A stretch of 64,000 nt of DNA from the human T2T-CHM13v2.0 reference genome, Homo sapiens (GCF_009914755.1 NC_060933.1); one strand, 5' to 3'. Numbered from the stretch's first letter, positions 15,456 to 29,716 are shown. Numbers and translations are program-made. The notes: generated by a model not told the origin, from the sequence alone.

Positions 15456-18444
15456 GCTTCCCGAGTGAGGCAATGCCTCACCCTGCTTCGGCTCGCGCAC
15501 CCACTGACCTGCGCCCACTGTCTGGCACTCCCTAGTGAGATGAACCCGGTACCTCAGATGGAAATGCAGAAATCACCCGTCTTCTATGTCGCTCACGCTG
15601 GGAGCTGTAGACCCGAGCTGTTCCTATTCGGCCATCTTGGCTCCTCCTCCGTTATTTATTAATTCTTAAACTCCTTACAATAGTAGTAAGTCTTGAAAAA
15701 CCTGAAATATTTTATTCCAAATATGATTAGCAAAATATACCATTTCAGTGCCCAAGGCTTTGCTGCAGATTCATCAGCTAATTGCACACAGGACTTTCCA
15801 GACACAAATACATGTACCTTTACTCTATTTTCTATTTTGCTGATTTGTAAGCATGAGTTTTCAGGAAAACCTTCACCTTAAATCAGTTCTGGCCTTAAAT
15901 AGCTTATTATGTCAACAAAATATACCTTTAAATGAAAAACCAAACCCTTGAAACCAGCAGGGGTTGCGAGTAGTAAACAGAAAGAAAAGGGGCTTAATAT
16001 CTGATGAGCCCATTAGCTCTCACCTGCACGTCTTTCTTCGGTATATTAATGGAATAAACTAGAAGGATACAAGAACAAGAGCAAAGCTGCAGGTCAATGA
16101 AATCATTCCCTGATCCACCAGCAAAACATGATAAGTGGTGTATTAGCTTAGTCTCCTACATGATACTTAGACATCCTTGCGTAGGTTCTCAAATTAGGCA
16201 AACAGACCCTATTAAGTGATATCAAAAACGAGAGGATTTTTTTCTGCTTTGTCTTATTTGAACCCTCCAATAAAGCCTAAATTTAGAGTTTATGGCTTAA
16301 GTTTTCTTTGCGGATCCTGCAACATGAGGTAATTTAAATGGATAATGACAACAATGAAACAGAGGGTATCTTATCTCTCCCTTTATACTTAACCATATCT
16401 AGATGAATTTACAGATTTCTGGCTCATGTTACTCATTACCACATCAACTATGTATTGTGTGCCCCTTGGATGTCTTAAAGTTTGTTAAATTTCTGGGGAT
16501 ACAATAATGTGCAGTGTTAAGCAGATTCTGTGCTTCTTGGATAAGTGTTTCTGTCTTCAAGGAGTTTTCACTATATTACAGTGGAGGAATTAGGGCAATA
16601 ACACGTGCAATAGTGTTGCCTTTTCCAACAACTTTAATTTTTTATACTTGATATTTGCATTCCGAATCTAGTGGCTTACCAGTGGTAACAGAATAAGGGT
16701 AGATCGCTGTTGCAAAATAGAACAGACAGTATTCCCTCAAGCCACTTCACAGCTGATGATAAACTTTGGTTCCTCCTTTCACTTACCTTGAGTCTAAACT
16801 CTTTCCAGCAGCAAATGAGCTACCTACCCTCTGGTCTCAATCATAGCCAATGTATAACCATATCACACTTGGTGCATTTCAGATGAGCTTCCAGTAACAA
16901 ACATCATTCAGCAGGAATATATTTACTCTTTGAATCAATCATATTACATTCAGATATATTATCTCAAGATAAAATTTTCTACACATTAAAAGGAGAGATA
17001 GAAGACAGGAAGGAAGGAAAATGTAGAAGGAACAAAAGAAAACATCTTGACACAGAACAAGCTCAGCCATCAAATCATTCCATAGATTTTGGTACAGTCT
17101 ATTTATCTTACCATACTCTCCTCTCCATTGAAATGGAAAAAAACTTGAAAATTAAAAAATCTGTATTTACATTTTCCTTGGGTAGTATGTGGGATTCTAA
17201 TAAATCTCTTTGGCTGACTCCAGGAAATCTGCCTCTTTAGGTTGCATCACACCCAGCTGTTTGCATTAAAGTCCATCCAATTTGATTTTCATTTGTCAAA
17301 CTGATCCCTTTGATGTCAAAATTACTCTCTCCTTTGCATTTAGTTCTTAAGAGTTTCCAGCTGCTGTTGGCTCTGTAGTTGTGCTAAGGTCTTAAGCCAG
17401 TCTTCAGTCATATTGTTCTGCTTTGCAGTTGTCTAAACTGTATCTAGGTGACCTCATTCATCTTGATGACTTAACTTGAGACACTTATCCAAGATGTCTT
17501 GGGAGCTGCTGTTTTTGAAAATTCGCTTGCATTGTGCTCACCCTCTGGTAACCAGCTTCGGCTCATTGAGAGCACACAACTCACACCTACATCTTCTGTT
17601 CATTTGGACAAAGAATATGTTCAATTCCCTTTGGAATCATTGATTGCCACCTGATTTACAATGTCTCTTTTCCTCTTTCAGAACAGATAACCTCTTAGTG
17701 TTGAATGAGTCACAAATTGGTTTGGGGTCCTAAGTAGACCACAGAGTGTTGAATCAACATTTAAAGAGCTCTTCAATGTCACACCATTCAGCCCTGTTCC
17801 TTGGGATTCTTTATGAGAGAGATGTCTATTGTTATCTTTCTTTTATAGAAGAGGAAACCAAGAGGTAGATGGAGTGTCCAAAAGATTTTTTTTCCTAATA
17901 ACTATCTAGGCCAGAAGTTTGCTCTGTAAACTCGGCCACACTAAATTCTATTTGTAAAATTCTCCGTGTTTTTCTCCTCTCCTGTCAGCCTGCCTGCCTG
18001 CCTATCTATATCTATATCTAAATCTATCTTTCTCATCTATCTGTCTTGTATATTTACTCTCTAAAGGGAATATAAATTTACCTACATTCTAATTTCTATC
18101 CCATTATTGAATTTGTCTCATTCTATCACCAACTAGAAATACATTGAGTTGTTTATTTTCTCTGAGAATCAACTACTTCATCTGTAATAGGAGCTGATGC
18201 TTCCATTTTAGAGTTGTTATATTGATTAAATGAAGTAATAGTACAAAAAATACCATCACTCTGACTGGTACCTAGAAGAGATAGAAGAAACAACAGTCCA
18301 TTTCCTGTCCAAAAGCTGTTAGAAAAGCAAACAGTTGCTGGCTGATCTGACATCAGTCTGAATTGAGAAATCATCTGTTTGAAGAGAAATTGCATCTGAT
18401 TTTGTGTGACTTTTACTTAAGAAACCACCTTCCCCTCAAAGCTA

Positions 18445-18893
18445 ATGCATTAGCTTCCTATTGCCACTATAACAAATTACCACATACTTCATGACTTAAT
18501 ACAACCCAGATGTATTGTCTTACAGTTCTGGAGATCAGAAGTCCAAAATGGACTGGCAGGGCCACATTCCTTCTGGAAGCTCTGGGGGACAATCTGTTTC
18601 CTGGTTCTTTCCAGATTTGAGAGACTGCCCACATTCCTTGGCTCATGGCCCCACATCACTCCCACCTCTGTTTCAATCTTCACGTCTCCTCTGACTCTCC
18701 TTTTCCCCTGTTTTTCTTATAAGGACCTTGTCAATACACTCAGCCCACCCAAATAATATAGTATAATTTTCCCATCTCAAGATTCCTAATTCAATTACAG
18801 AAACGTTCCTTTTGCTATGTAAAGTAACCTATACACAGGTCCTGAAGTTAGGATGTGGACAGCTTTAGGAGGTCATTTCTTGGCCTACCACAT
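18445..18893 (-). mobile_element. MLT1C/D MaLR LTR
   Basis: taacaaattaccaca...cttacagttctggagatcagaagtccaaaatg...gcctaccaca. Confidence 0.85.
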
Positions 18894-19080
18894 CTAATAC
18901 AAACCTCAAGAAATAGTTTGATTTTGAAGGTCTATTCACCACCACTCGTTTGAGCAGAAATACATTTTTGAGTTATTATTATTTGTATATCCTTTATTTA
19001 TGATATATATTTTCAATTACTGAAATCTACAAAGGTAGACAAATGTCTTATTTTTTAAGATAAAATATAATAAACAATAA

Positions 19081-19377
<297 letters not shown>

Positions 19378-20273
19378 AATAACTTTGTTTACTACATCCT
19401 CCTTTTTGTAATCCCTATTTCCTTTTCTGTTTATAGATATTACTTATTTACTTATGTTACTTCTGTACTTCTTTTCTGTTGGTCTGTTTCTGTCTTAATT
19501 GCTCTAAAAATGTAGACTCCCAGAAAGCAGACCTTGATGTATTGTATCCTTTTATAAAACAGTTTGCTTAGCTCCATACAGATTCACGAAATAAAACCTC
19601 TTTAATAATTATATTATTTACCTTCTTTCCCTGAATTTTTATTGGCAGGCATAATTAGGTAAACAACAAACTTGAGGTAGTTTTTTCATTATTTATTTTA
19701 TTATTTCTATATTTTTATATTACAGAAAAGTATTTATTTCACTACACAAAGTGGAAGAGTAAAAGATTCTTTCTAGCATCTACCATTCTACTTGTTATAT
19801 GCATAGGAGTTAGTATGTAGTGATCCAATCACTGCTATAAGAATTTTACAAATAATGGTTTCATTCCAGAATCATGGAACACAGTCAGATGGAAATAATA
19901 GAAAAGTAATTTTTGTTTCTGAGCCGTGTGTGTGTTTGTGTGCATAATTTTTCAAAAAGACTATACTTAAGTAATAGTATAAATTTATTGAAAGTGGTGA
20001 CTGGATTTCCCAGATCTGGAAAAAAAAAAGTATCTCTAAGTCAATTTTTCTTTCAGGCTTTATATTAAAACATGATTAAAGATAGGCTGTCATTCTGGGT
20101 GACATTTTATTGTTGAAGGTGGTGGATTTTAATGGGCATATTCAGCACAATGCTACCCTTTTAGAGCACAAGCAGGATAATGAGTTGATAACGGCACTAA
20201 GATTCCATTTCTGGTCAAAGTGCTTCATCTTTAAGGATCTCAGATTCCAAAAACCTTGTTCAGCTATCTTTAC

Positions 20274-20523
20274 CTGGTTATCATGAGCGCCCCTTCTTTG
20301 GAACCCCTGGGGAGATAGATAGATAGGCTAACCACACTAATGGGCTTCATCAGCCTAAAACTGGTTTTCAAAAGTTGTTCTCTGGAAACTCTGTGATTAT
20401 GAAGACAGTATCTAATGTGTATCTGTGTGGATCTCTCCATCATCTTCAATTCATCCTCAAATTTTGCTGTAATTGGAGTTCCAGAGTATTTATTAGAAAT
20501 ATTACAGAAGAGTACCATTATCT
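20274..20523 (-). pseudogene. Gene A internal exon, stop-free
   Basis: ttttag|AG ATA ATG ... ACC AG|gtaaag; coincides with ORF 20270..20518. Confidence 0.7.
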
Positions 20524-20629
20524 CTAAAATTTTGGAAATTATTGGTCTGTACTAAGTTTAAGAGTAGCTTCCTAAATTCATCTGTAAGTACTGGCTTTAT
20601 TATTACTTTACAGGAACATTGGGTCGGCC

Positions 20630-20790
20630 ATCTTCCTTCCTTCCTTTTCCTCTTTTCTTCCTTCCCTCTTCCCTCTCTTTCTCCTTCTCTCTCTTTCCTT
20701 TCCTTTTTGTGCTTCGTATCTCCCTTTTTTCTTTTCCTTCCTCCCAACTTCCTTCCTTCTTTCTTTTTTCTTGTTTCTCTTTCTTTCTTT
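20630..20790. repeat. CT-rich low-complexity tract
   Basis: Direct reading; lies in the 360-bp intron of gene A. Confidence 0.85.
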
Positions 20791-22669
20791 GTAATAGGAC
20801 AGGATATAAGAAATGACAAAACCCAGCTTTCTCCTGCACACACATAAGATGGCAAATTCTGTTTGCTTGCCCTCCACCTTTACGTGCTAATGTGTGCAAA
20901 TGTCTAGGAATAACCATAGCTTCGAGAAGCTCATTTTATGATATTCACATGAGAACTCAAGCACTGAAGTGATGTTTTCCTTTAAAGTAGCCATCAAGTG
21001 ATAATACATGTTTATTTGGTAAATGCCTCCATTACTAAAATATTTTTGGAACCCTTCTTTTGAACCTGCCTTCTGTGACACCTTCAGAGTGTCTCACCGT
21101 ATATTAGCCACCTTCTATTTGCTTCAAAATAGCATTCCTTAAATTAATCACTTATCTTAATCACCAGATTTTGGTCCAGTATCTTTTGCTTGTTTTCAAA
21201 TGACAAATCTGAGGATGAATGTTTACTAACAGAAAGCAATTCAGCTGATTTAATCAATTAATTCAAGAGAATGGGCCCACTTAATGATCAAAAGCCTTTA
21301 AATTTTACTCAGTAACTTGCCATAGCTGGAATGTTAAACAAAGATCTATGAATGCTGTCCAACTCAATATGATAGCTAAAATTAAGAAGTTTATTTTATA
21401 AGCAAATATACATGATAAAACTTTCAAAGCAAAACCATTTCTGTAGTATTACATAACCACACACACATAAACATACCCCTAGACATATTTACATTTAAGG
21501 GATTAATTTACCATGTTTAGAATGGTTACTTTTGAGTGAACCAATTTGGATTGTTTTAAAATTTCTTTTGTTTTCTTCAGTTCTCAGGGTATGTACTATC
21601 ACTTTTGTAATCAAAAGAAAAAAATAATTGAAAGAATAATGTGTCATGAGCTCTTAAATAATGCTACATACAGATTTTAAAATGTCCTGAGTAATGACAC
21701 TATCACTAGAATAAATGCAGACTCCTGAAAATCTCACAAGTATTTGAATGTGTCTTGGTGATGTTTGTTTAGAGACAGTCACATTAATTCAAGGTAGAAA
21801 TATACAAATATAGGAAACACATTTGTAAATGCCCTACCAACTTTTCTGTTACAACTGAAGCAAACTGGAGGTGTGGGTAATATTAACTGAATCCTTCAAA
21901 ATCGTTTTTACTAAGTCATGGTCAGAGTGTCATATAGCTTTGGATCCAGGAGGTGACTAGCTGCTTTGGCCAGGAGCCCTGGCTTCTGGGCTCATGTTGG
22001 CCAGTAACTAACTCTGTATGGAATGCTGGGAGGCAAGCACTTACATTATCTGGCCCACTGTAAAATAAACTAAAGATCCCCTCCATCTCTAAAGTTCAGC
22101 AAATCCTTTTATTCACTGGCTTGATAATAAATAATCACGGGTTAGATTGCTGTTCCATTAGTAATGCTACCCACAACAGATAAAATTTACTGGAGGCAAT
22201 GAAGGAAAGATTTGATGGATTGTCTCTTAAATCATACTGGAATTTCCCCAGATTAGTTTGGCGGTAGGGTATAGCATCTGAGAAATGAGGAGGTTTAACC
22301 ATACCATCTCTAAAAGCTAAGCAACGGCATTTTCACCTTTTCCAAAGGCAAAGATAGCTCCTGCTTTCATTCTACAGTAAAATTATCTTCAAAGTATCCC
22401 TCCTGAGTGTTTTCATGTCTAATCCTACTCTGTATGGCTTGAAGAATCTGGAAAACATATACTTCTCAAAATAGTATTCTAACAGGGAATCTTAAGTAAT
22501 CACAACTTTCTTTTCACTTTTATTCTCTTACTTTTTGGTTACGTCTTCCAAATTTTTGTTTCTATATTATTCAGAGTAACTCTAGATGCTATTACAAGTA
22601 AATGGCAAATTTTGCATGGATCTATGCACTAAAAATTTATTTCTTATTCCCATTATAGTCTGTAGATAG

Positions 22670-22925
22670 CTGTTTCTCTGTCACAGCTCAAGGACCTAGG
22701 ATCCTCCTGGACTGTGGCTATGCCAAGTCCTAACAGCTTCTAGCTGACAGAGAGAAAGAGACAATGAAGAAGTCCCACTCACTTCTTAAAAGCAGGACCA
22801 GGAAGTGAAATACACAACACTACCCACATTATATTGGCAAGAACTGATCTCTTGGCCACACCTGGATGCTAGGGACATGGAAACATAGTCCCTGTCAGGG
22901 CAGCTGCTTCCCACTGACAAAGCCA
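22670..22925 (-). mobile_element. Old MLT1 (J/K-like) LTR fragment
   Basis: ccaggaagtga...cccacattatattggcaagaact...ggccacacct...gggcagctgcttccca. Confidence 0.6.
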
Positions 22926-22974
22926 CATCGTGAAAAGAGGAGTATAAATTTCGGTATAGAATTCCGCAACTCTC

Positions 22975-23299
<325 letters not shown>

Positions 23300-23389
23300 T
23301 TACTTGGCCTTCTTGCTGCAAAAATTATTTTAAAATATCTAAGTATGTAAAAAAAAAATCTATCAAGATATAACATTTATTCTTACATG

Positions 23390-23790
23390 CATTGATTTTC
23401 TCATTCAACAAATGTTTATTTGATAGTCTCTCACGTGTATAGCTCTCTCTATATATTTTAGCACTGGGGCTACAATAGTGAAAAAGAAAGTCCTGATATT
23501 TCTGCCCTTATAATATAGTTATAGCTATAGATATTAAGTGCATAGCCAGGCACATAATCACACCCTTGGAAAGTACTAGAAAGGAAACAAACAAGGTGCT
23601 AAGATGCTGAGTAGCTGATGGCTGGTGAGAGGCTTCTTTTGATTGGATAATCACAGAAAGCTCCTCTGAAGACAGAAATTTAATCCTAGACATGAAATAT
23701 AAGAAGGAGCTAATTATGCAATAAACACAGTGGTGAGAAAAACATATACAAAGGCAGTTAGATGGAAAAGAGTTGGAAGTGTTCTGTATA
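23390..23790 (-). mobile_element. L2 fragment
   Basis: tcattcaacaaatgtttatt tail signature. Confidence 0.65.
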
Positions 23791-23859
23791 TAATTTTTTC
23801 AAGTGGAGATTTTTATCTTTCAGATAATTAGATTAATCACCTTTCAGATTACAGATAAA

Positions 23860-24465
23860 TTAGAAAAGGAAAAGGAAACATTTAAAATGAAAAAATCTGG
23901 TGGGTAATACCTTGACTAAATGATCAGACTTCACATTACCTTTAATGGAATAAATTAACAGTCTGTTCCCTTGCTGTGATACACTGAGGCCACATCAGCT
24001 CTATAGTGTTCTTGCAAAAATTAAACACTTTAATCTGAAGCGAATCTGCAAAAACAATCAAACAAATCCAAACTGAGAGATATGCTGCAATACCATGGAC
24101 ATGGACTCTTCAAAATGAAATTAAAAAGTCATGATGGCTAAATTCAATATATGGTTTTAAATTAATCATGAATAAAGCATACACGCAGGTGACAACAACA
24201 GCAAAAAACAGCTATGAGGAACCTTATTGGGATGGTTGTGGAAGTTTGAATATTAGTGTATAATAGATAATAGTATTTTATCAAAGTTAAATTTCCTGAG
24301 TGTGATAACATTACTGTGGCTATGTAGAAGGCTGAACTTCTTATTAGGAAATATATGCTGAAGTGTTCAGGGGTAAAATGTGAGTAAACACAGGTAACAA
24401 GTGTATGAATGTTCATTGTATTATTCTTGCAAATTAGGGGGAAATAATTAGATTCATGTTTTTAA
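23860..24465 (+). mobile_element. Old L1 3' end (L1MC/ME)
   Basis: aaacaaatccaaactgagagatat, aagttaaatttcctgagtgtgataac, atgctgaagtgttcagggg motifs. Confidence 0.7.
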
Positions 24466-24475
24466 AAGTTACTCA

Positions 24476-24912
<437 letters not shown>

Positions 24913-25037
24913 AAAGTTGAAGGTAGACTCAAATGTATTTTGGAAGCAGAAGTAACAGGTTTTTCATAGATTGAATATGAACAAATGAAAGTGAAAAAAA
25001 TAATAATGACAAGGTGTTGTACTGCACAAAATGTATC

Positions 25038-25378
25038 AGTCTTAGTCCATCCAGGCTGCTATAACAAAATATCATAGACTGGGTGGCTTATGAGCAAAAT
25101 AAATTTCCTTCTTACAGTTCTGGAGGCTGGAGAGTCCAAGATCAAGGCATATTAAGTGGTTGGTTAGGGCCCAATTTCTGGCTCACACATGGTGCCTTCT
25201 CACGGTGTCCTCACACGGCAGAAGGGGTGAAGCGTCTCTCTCAGGTCTCTTTCATAAAGGCACCAAGGCCATTCATGAGAGTTCTGCCCAAAAGGCCCTA
25301 CTTCCTAATGCCATCACCTTGGGATGAGGATTGCAACACAGGAATTCGAGGGAGATATCAACCTTCAGACCATAGCAG
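25038..25378 (-). mobile_element. MLT1A-type MaLR LTR
   Basis: gtcttagtccat..ggctgctataacaaaata...ccttcagaccatagca. Confidence 0.85.
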
Positions 25379-25418
25379 CATGCTAGAGGTGAATCTCAAA
25401 TTTCCCTTAGATACTTAA

Positions 25419-25690
25419 CTGCAGAGCCAAGAGAAATGCATGATTCACATACACAAGTTTTCCAATGTCCAGAGGATACAGCAACACCCACAGCTGTGTC
25501 AGATGGAGCACAGTAATTCTTAGCAGAGATCTGCAAAGTTTTTCTCTGAATTCTCATAAAGAGAATCATGACGATGTAAATTTCATCCCAATACATTCAT
25601 GCACTTCCAGTGACCACACTACCAACAATTTAAATTACTCAACTGGGCTTTGGAAAGTAGACGTATTATCAACTGACATCTTCAGAATTC
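25419..25690 (-). pseudogene. Gene A first coding exon
   Basis: Acceptor ttttctctccacag|G, Kozak-like AAG ATG; MSVDNTSTFQSPVE*FKLLVVWSLEVHECIGMKFTSS*FSL*EFREKLCRSLLRITVLHLTQLWVLLYPLDIGKLVYVNHAFLLALQ. Confidence 0.7.
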
Positions 25691-25979
25691 CTGTGGAGAG
25701 AAAACCTGCTAGGCTTGAAACGATAAGCTTAATGCAATTTGAAGAGAATAAGCAGTTTTGTTCAGTTCAGGCCAACATGTTACTTGGTGTTTTATGCAAG
25801 AGCTGTGATTGCAGTCACACTGAGGAAAAGATTCAACGTGAATGGTAAATTATAAGAAATGCCCACACTTCCTATTTCCTAAATCTATTTTAGTTGGTGG
25901 CAATTACGATTTACTACGCAACACTCAAAATACAAACGGTGCTATGTGAAAGGATGTATCAGTGACAGATTTGCAACCT

Positions 25980-26330
25980 CAAAGCGTGACTTCAAAATAT
26001 TGGTGCGGGAAAGGTTTCCAGTTCCGGAAGGCGGTTGCGACATCCCGTGCACAGCTCCCGCAGGTGAGGGCGGCGGCGGGAAGAGCGGCGTACGCCCTGG
26101 ATGTCGCCACGCGGAGCCGGCGGGAGGCGCCGGAGCGGGCATATGGAGGAGGCCTGCGGTGCCAATCGCACGATGGGATGGCACAGACAGCGAGCACAGA
26201 GTGAGGAAATACTGCTACGCAGGGAAACTGAGAGCATAAGGCCGGGAGGAGAAAACCAAGAAGGAAAGCCAAGAACTTCAGGAACATGAAGAAGCAGGGT
26301 TATGTGAGGAGAATGTGCGGGCATCCTCTA
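25980..26330. promoter_or_regulatory. Small CpG island / probable bidirectional promoter
   Basis: About 26 CpGs in 25981-26220 in a CpG-poor background, not recognisably repeat-derived. Motifs: E2F GCGGGAAA 26005-26012, GGCGGGAA 26075-26082, GGCGGGAG 26119-26126; CHR-like TTCAAA 25991-25996; CCAAT 25999-26003 (-) and 26162-26166 (+); ETS CCGGAAG 26024-26030; MYB CGGTTG 26032-26037. Plus-strand donor CAG|GTGAGG after 26063. Confidence 0.8.
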
Positions 26331-26334
26331 TCCC

Positions 26335-26732
26335 CGCTCCAGCTCAGCCCAGCCTCCTCTGCCCTGGTCTCTGGCCAGAAGGCGGAATCGTCAGTGGCTC
26401 CTGTCCCCTCTGCAGCCACTAGGTTTCAGCCACCAGAGAACAAGCCTAAAGAGAGGTTAGTTTCTTCCCTAGTGCTGGGTCGTGCTGTGGTAGTGGTTGC
26501 ACTCTTAACTGTCACTGTGGCTATAGCTATCTATCAGCGGCTCCCACTGGGATGTGCCTCCTGCTCTTGACCCTGGCCCTGTAGCTGGGAATGGCTTCCC
26601 GCTACGGTTAGCCCAGGGGTGTGGCATCAGCCCTTATGTGTTCCCCTTAATTCTGCTCACTTCTTTGAAAGCAATCACTTTACTAAATGCTCAGGAAAAT
26701 GCCATCCGATTCTGGCTGGTATCCTGACTCAC
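26335..26732 (+). mobile_element. LTR33-like ERVL LTR
   Basis: aatggcttcccgct...cccttaattctgctcac...tgccatc...cctgactcaca matches recalled LTR33 3' half. Confidence 0.65.
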
Positions 26733-29408
26733 AGGGAAGTTGAGAGTACCCATATGCAATTTCAAGGAGAGTGATTAAGCACATAATGGAAACCATGCTG
26801 AGGTACACAGTGGATAGTACGGTTCTGAAGTGGGACATATAAATGATTCTCCATATTCCCAACAGAAAGATGATGGATTCCTTCATTTTCCCATGCTGGC
26901 ACTAATCTTCAGTCCTTTATGACACTCATAATCTCTGGGATTCCTGCCTAGGAACTAGTGCCTGCTCACCTTCAGGTATTTGCATGCAGACAGGTAAGAA
27001 CTCGGAGCTCTAGGTATATCAGGATCACGAAGGAATTTATTTAAGAGAATTTCATTTCAGCACAGTTGCATTTATCTGGGTAAGCATCCCAGTCTCACCC
27101 AGGTACACATATTTCAGAATGAAACTTCAGAACTTCCTAATTTGTGCACCCATACTCACTCTTCTTTGGCTCATCTGCCCTGGTCTTTGCAATAATACCA
27201 GACAGAAAAGACTGCTGATCATTATGTGCACATTTAAAATATCCAGGAGAATGCCGTATGTGTTATATGTATCTCATGCACAGTAAGAATGCAAACTGTG
27301 TTGTATTCACAGAAGAGACGTTATGCCTTATTCTAAATAATTAGAATAGCCCACATTGTACTCTAGTCTCTATGATTATAATTATCAAAATAGATTCTAA
27401 AAGTTTCTTATTTGTAAAAACGGTCGTGTGAAATTAAACTCACAGACAAAAACACACAAAAAATATATCTGCCTCCCTCTCTGGCCTCCCTCACCTCCAC
27501 CCACATGAGCTTTCTGCTTCCTCTGTGAAGTGCCTATGATTGTCGCCTTTAAAGGGAAGCTAATGCACATAGAACATCAGTGGAGTACAGAGGATGGGAA
27601 GAATCTCAGCTACAATACCTAAAATTAGAAGTTGCTCTTGAAATCTGTCCCAGAAATAAAAGTAATCAGAGGACTGTACTTGATTGAATTCAAGTGACAC
27701 TGTTTTAAGCACAAACTGCACAAGTGAGGGACACTGGTACCTCTTAGACACAATAGCAATGGCCCAGAATGGTTTGTTATTAAAACTACTCAAAATTCCG
27801 TTTAAAGGAAAGAAGTGCTTTTCTTCTCTTCCACTCTACTAGGAGCAATTTTTTTCCATCTGATAAAAATTATGGTTCAAGTTTCATGAGACAAGGCTTT
27901 AGAAAAATATCTTTTACTCTGTTAGCACTGACATTACAAGTTTGCGTCAAACTACGATGATGATGGTTATTATATAATATTGGAGTTATATTGCACAGGA
28001 GAATGTTTGGAAGAAATAAATGGAAGAGAACTATAAAACAGGAAAGGGCTAACTCATGTCACTTACACATGTAGAAATATTATTCCTGTAATAATAACAA
28101 GAACATTGAGAAATAAAGCCAGGATAAAGAAGGGAACTTTAAAGTTTAAGGGAAAAAGATATGTCGCATGAATGATGATATTACAGAAAACATGTGTTTA
28201 ATCGTACTATCTCTAAAAGCCAAGTAACTAAATTTTAACCTTAACCAAAAACAAGTATAATCCCTTTTTACTGTGCAAAATTCTCTTCAGTGTCTCCTAC
28301 TTAAGTGTTTCTATGCCTAATTCTAGTCTGAAGAGCCAGCTTTGACAGATAAAGTTAAAAAAAAAAAAGATGATGTGCAGGAAATGAAAATAAATAATTT
28401 CTAAGACAAATATACCAAGAACTTGAGGCCAAGGCAGCCTCCAATGGAGAGAAGAAATTCCCCTGTGACAAGGAAGATATTATGCAATCTTGTTTTAGTC
28501 ATTCTTAGAAATCACAGCTGCATTTGATAGAGCAAAATCTGGAAACCATAACATTGGAAGACAGAAAGCTCAAAACTTTCAGATAAAATTTGAACCAATC
28601 TAAGGCAGACAAAGTGTAGTCTTTAAATGTAACTGGTCAACTCTACCTGGGGCCAGAGAGGATGAGAATTATCAGAAAAAAACAGACTTTTAGAATTGCT
28701 TTGTAGGGGAAGATGCCAGAATAATTCAACCTGTAAAACCATTATAAAATACTAAGAAATGTCACATCATACCAAGAGTAAGAAAGATCTAATTCACAAA
28801 AATGATCCCATTCTGCCACCCTTGAAAAGACTATCTGGTTATCTAAACAAGTTGACTCTAGAAAGACCATAGGCATATTTTCCCTGAATTGTATAAGAAG
28901 GTTTTCAATAGTGTACTATACAAGGGGTAACCTATCAAGTGATTATTAAACTTGGAAAGCGAACACAGACCTTGGCCCATTAAGTACAGCCCCATGGGCT
29001 GCATCAGACAGAAGGAGCCAGCCAAATGCCACTGAGCAATCCATTTGAGGAACAATTTGATTCTCTCATGGATTAATGAGGTAGGGAAAAAAAAGAAAAG
29101 AAAGAAAAAGAACAGGCAGTAAAGTCATCCCATTTGCAGATGATGAAATATGGGGAGAGCATGTTAAGGAGAGAAGGCCACATCATTTATCTCAGTGGGG
29201 AGAGCTCCATCGTGGCTGCATTTTTCAGTCATGTGGTACTGTGCATTGGGGCTTTCCAATTCCTCCTGACAAATTTGCTTTTTCTTTAATAATACATTGG
29301 GTTTGTGGAATGCTTTTCTTCCTAACAGCATAAAGTACTTTTGATGGATTTTATTTCATTTATCCTCATCAAAATCTGTGAGTTTTCAAAGGCCAGGTAA
29401 ACTTATCT

Positions 29409-29716
29409 TTTTTTTTTTTTTTTTTTTTTTTTGAGACAGAGCCTTGCTCTGTCGCCCAGGCTGGAGTAGTGCAGTGGTGCAATCTCGGCTCACTGCAAGC
29501 TCCGCCTCCCAGGTTCATGCCATTCTCTTGCCTCAGCCTCCTGAGTAGCTAGGACTACAGGCTCCCGCCACCACACCCAGCTAATTTTCTGTATTTTTAG
29601 TAGAGACAGGGTTTCACCGTGTGAGCCAGGATGGTCTCAATCTCCTGACCTTGTGATCCACCTGCCTCAGCCTCCCAGAGTGCTGGGATTACAGGCGTGA
29701 GCCACAGCACCCGGCC
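29409..29716 (-). mobile_element. AluY
   Basis: Diagnostic gcaagctccgcc, ttcatgccattctc, ccaggatggtctc; TSD (A/T)AAACTTATCT; long pure poly-T. Confidence 0.93.

Noticed and set aside
20502-20917. K/E/R-rich and F/S/L-rich ORFs
   Set aside because: Translation of a CT-rich intronic tract; only the first 11 aa of ORF 20603..20917 belong to a gene A exon
25942-26570. Seven overlapping ORFs across the CpG island
   Set aside because: Expected from GC richness; no recognisable protein; the last lies largely in an LTR
29329-29396. Exon-like segment with good splice sites inside gene B
   Set aside because: Overlaps a MIR-like fragment, and the flanking exons already join in phase without it
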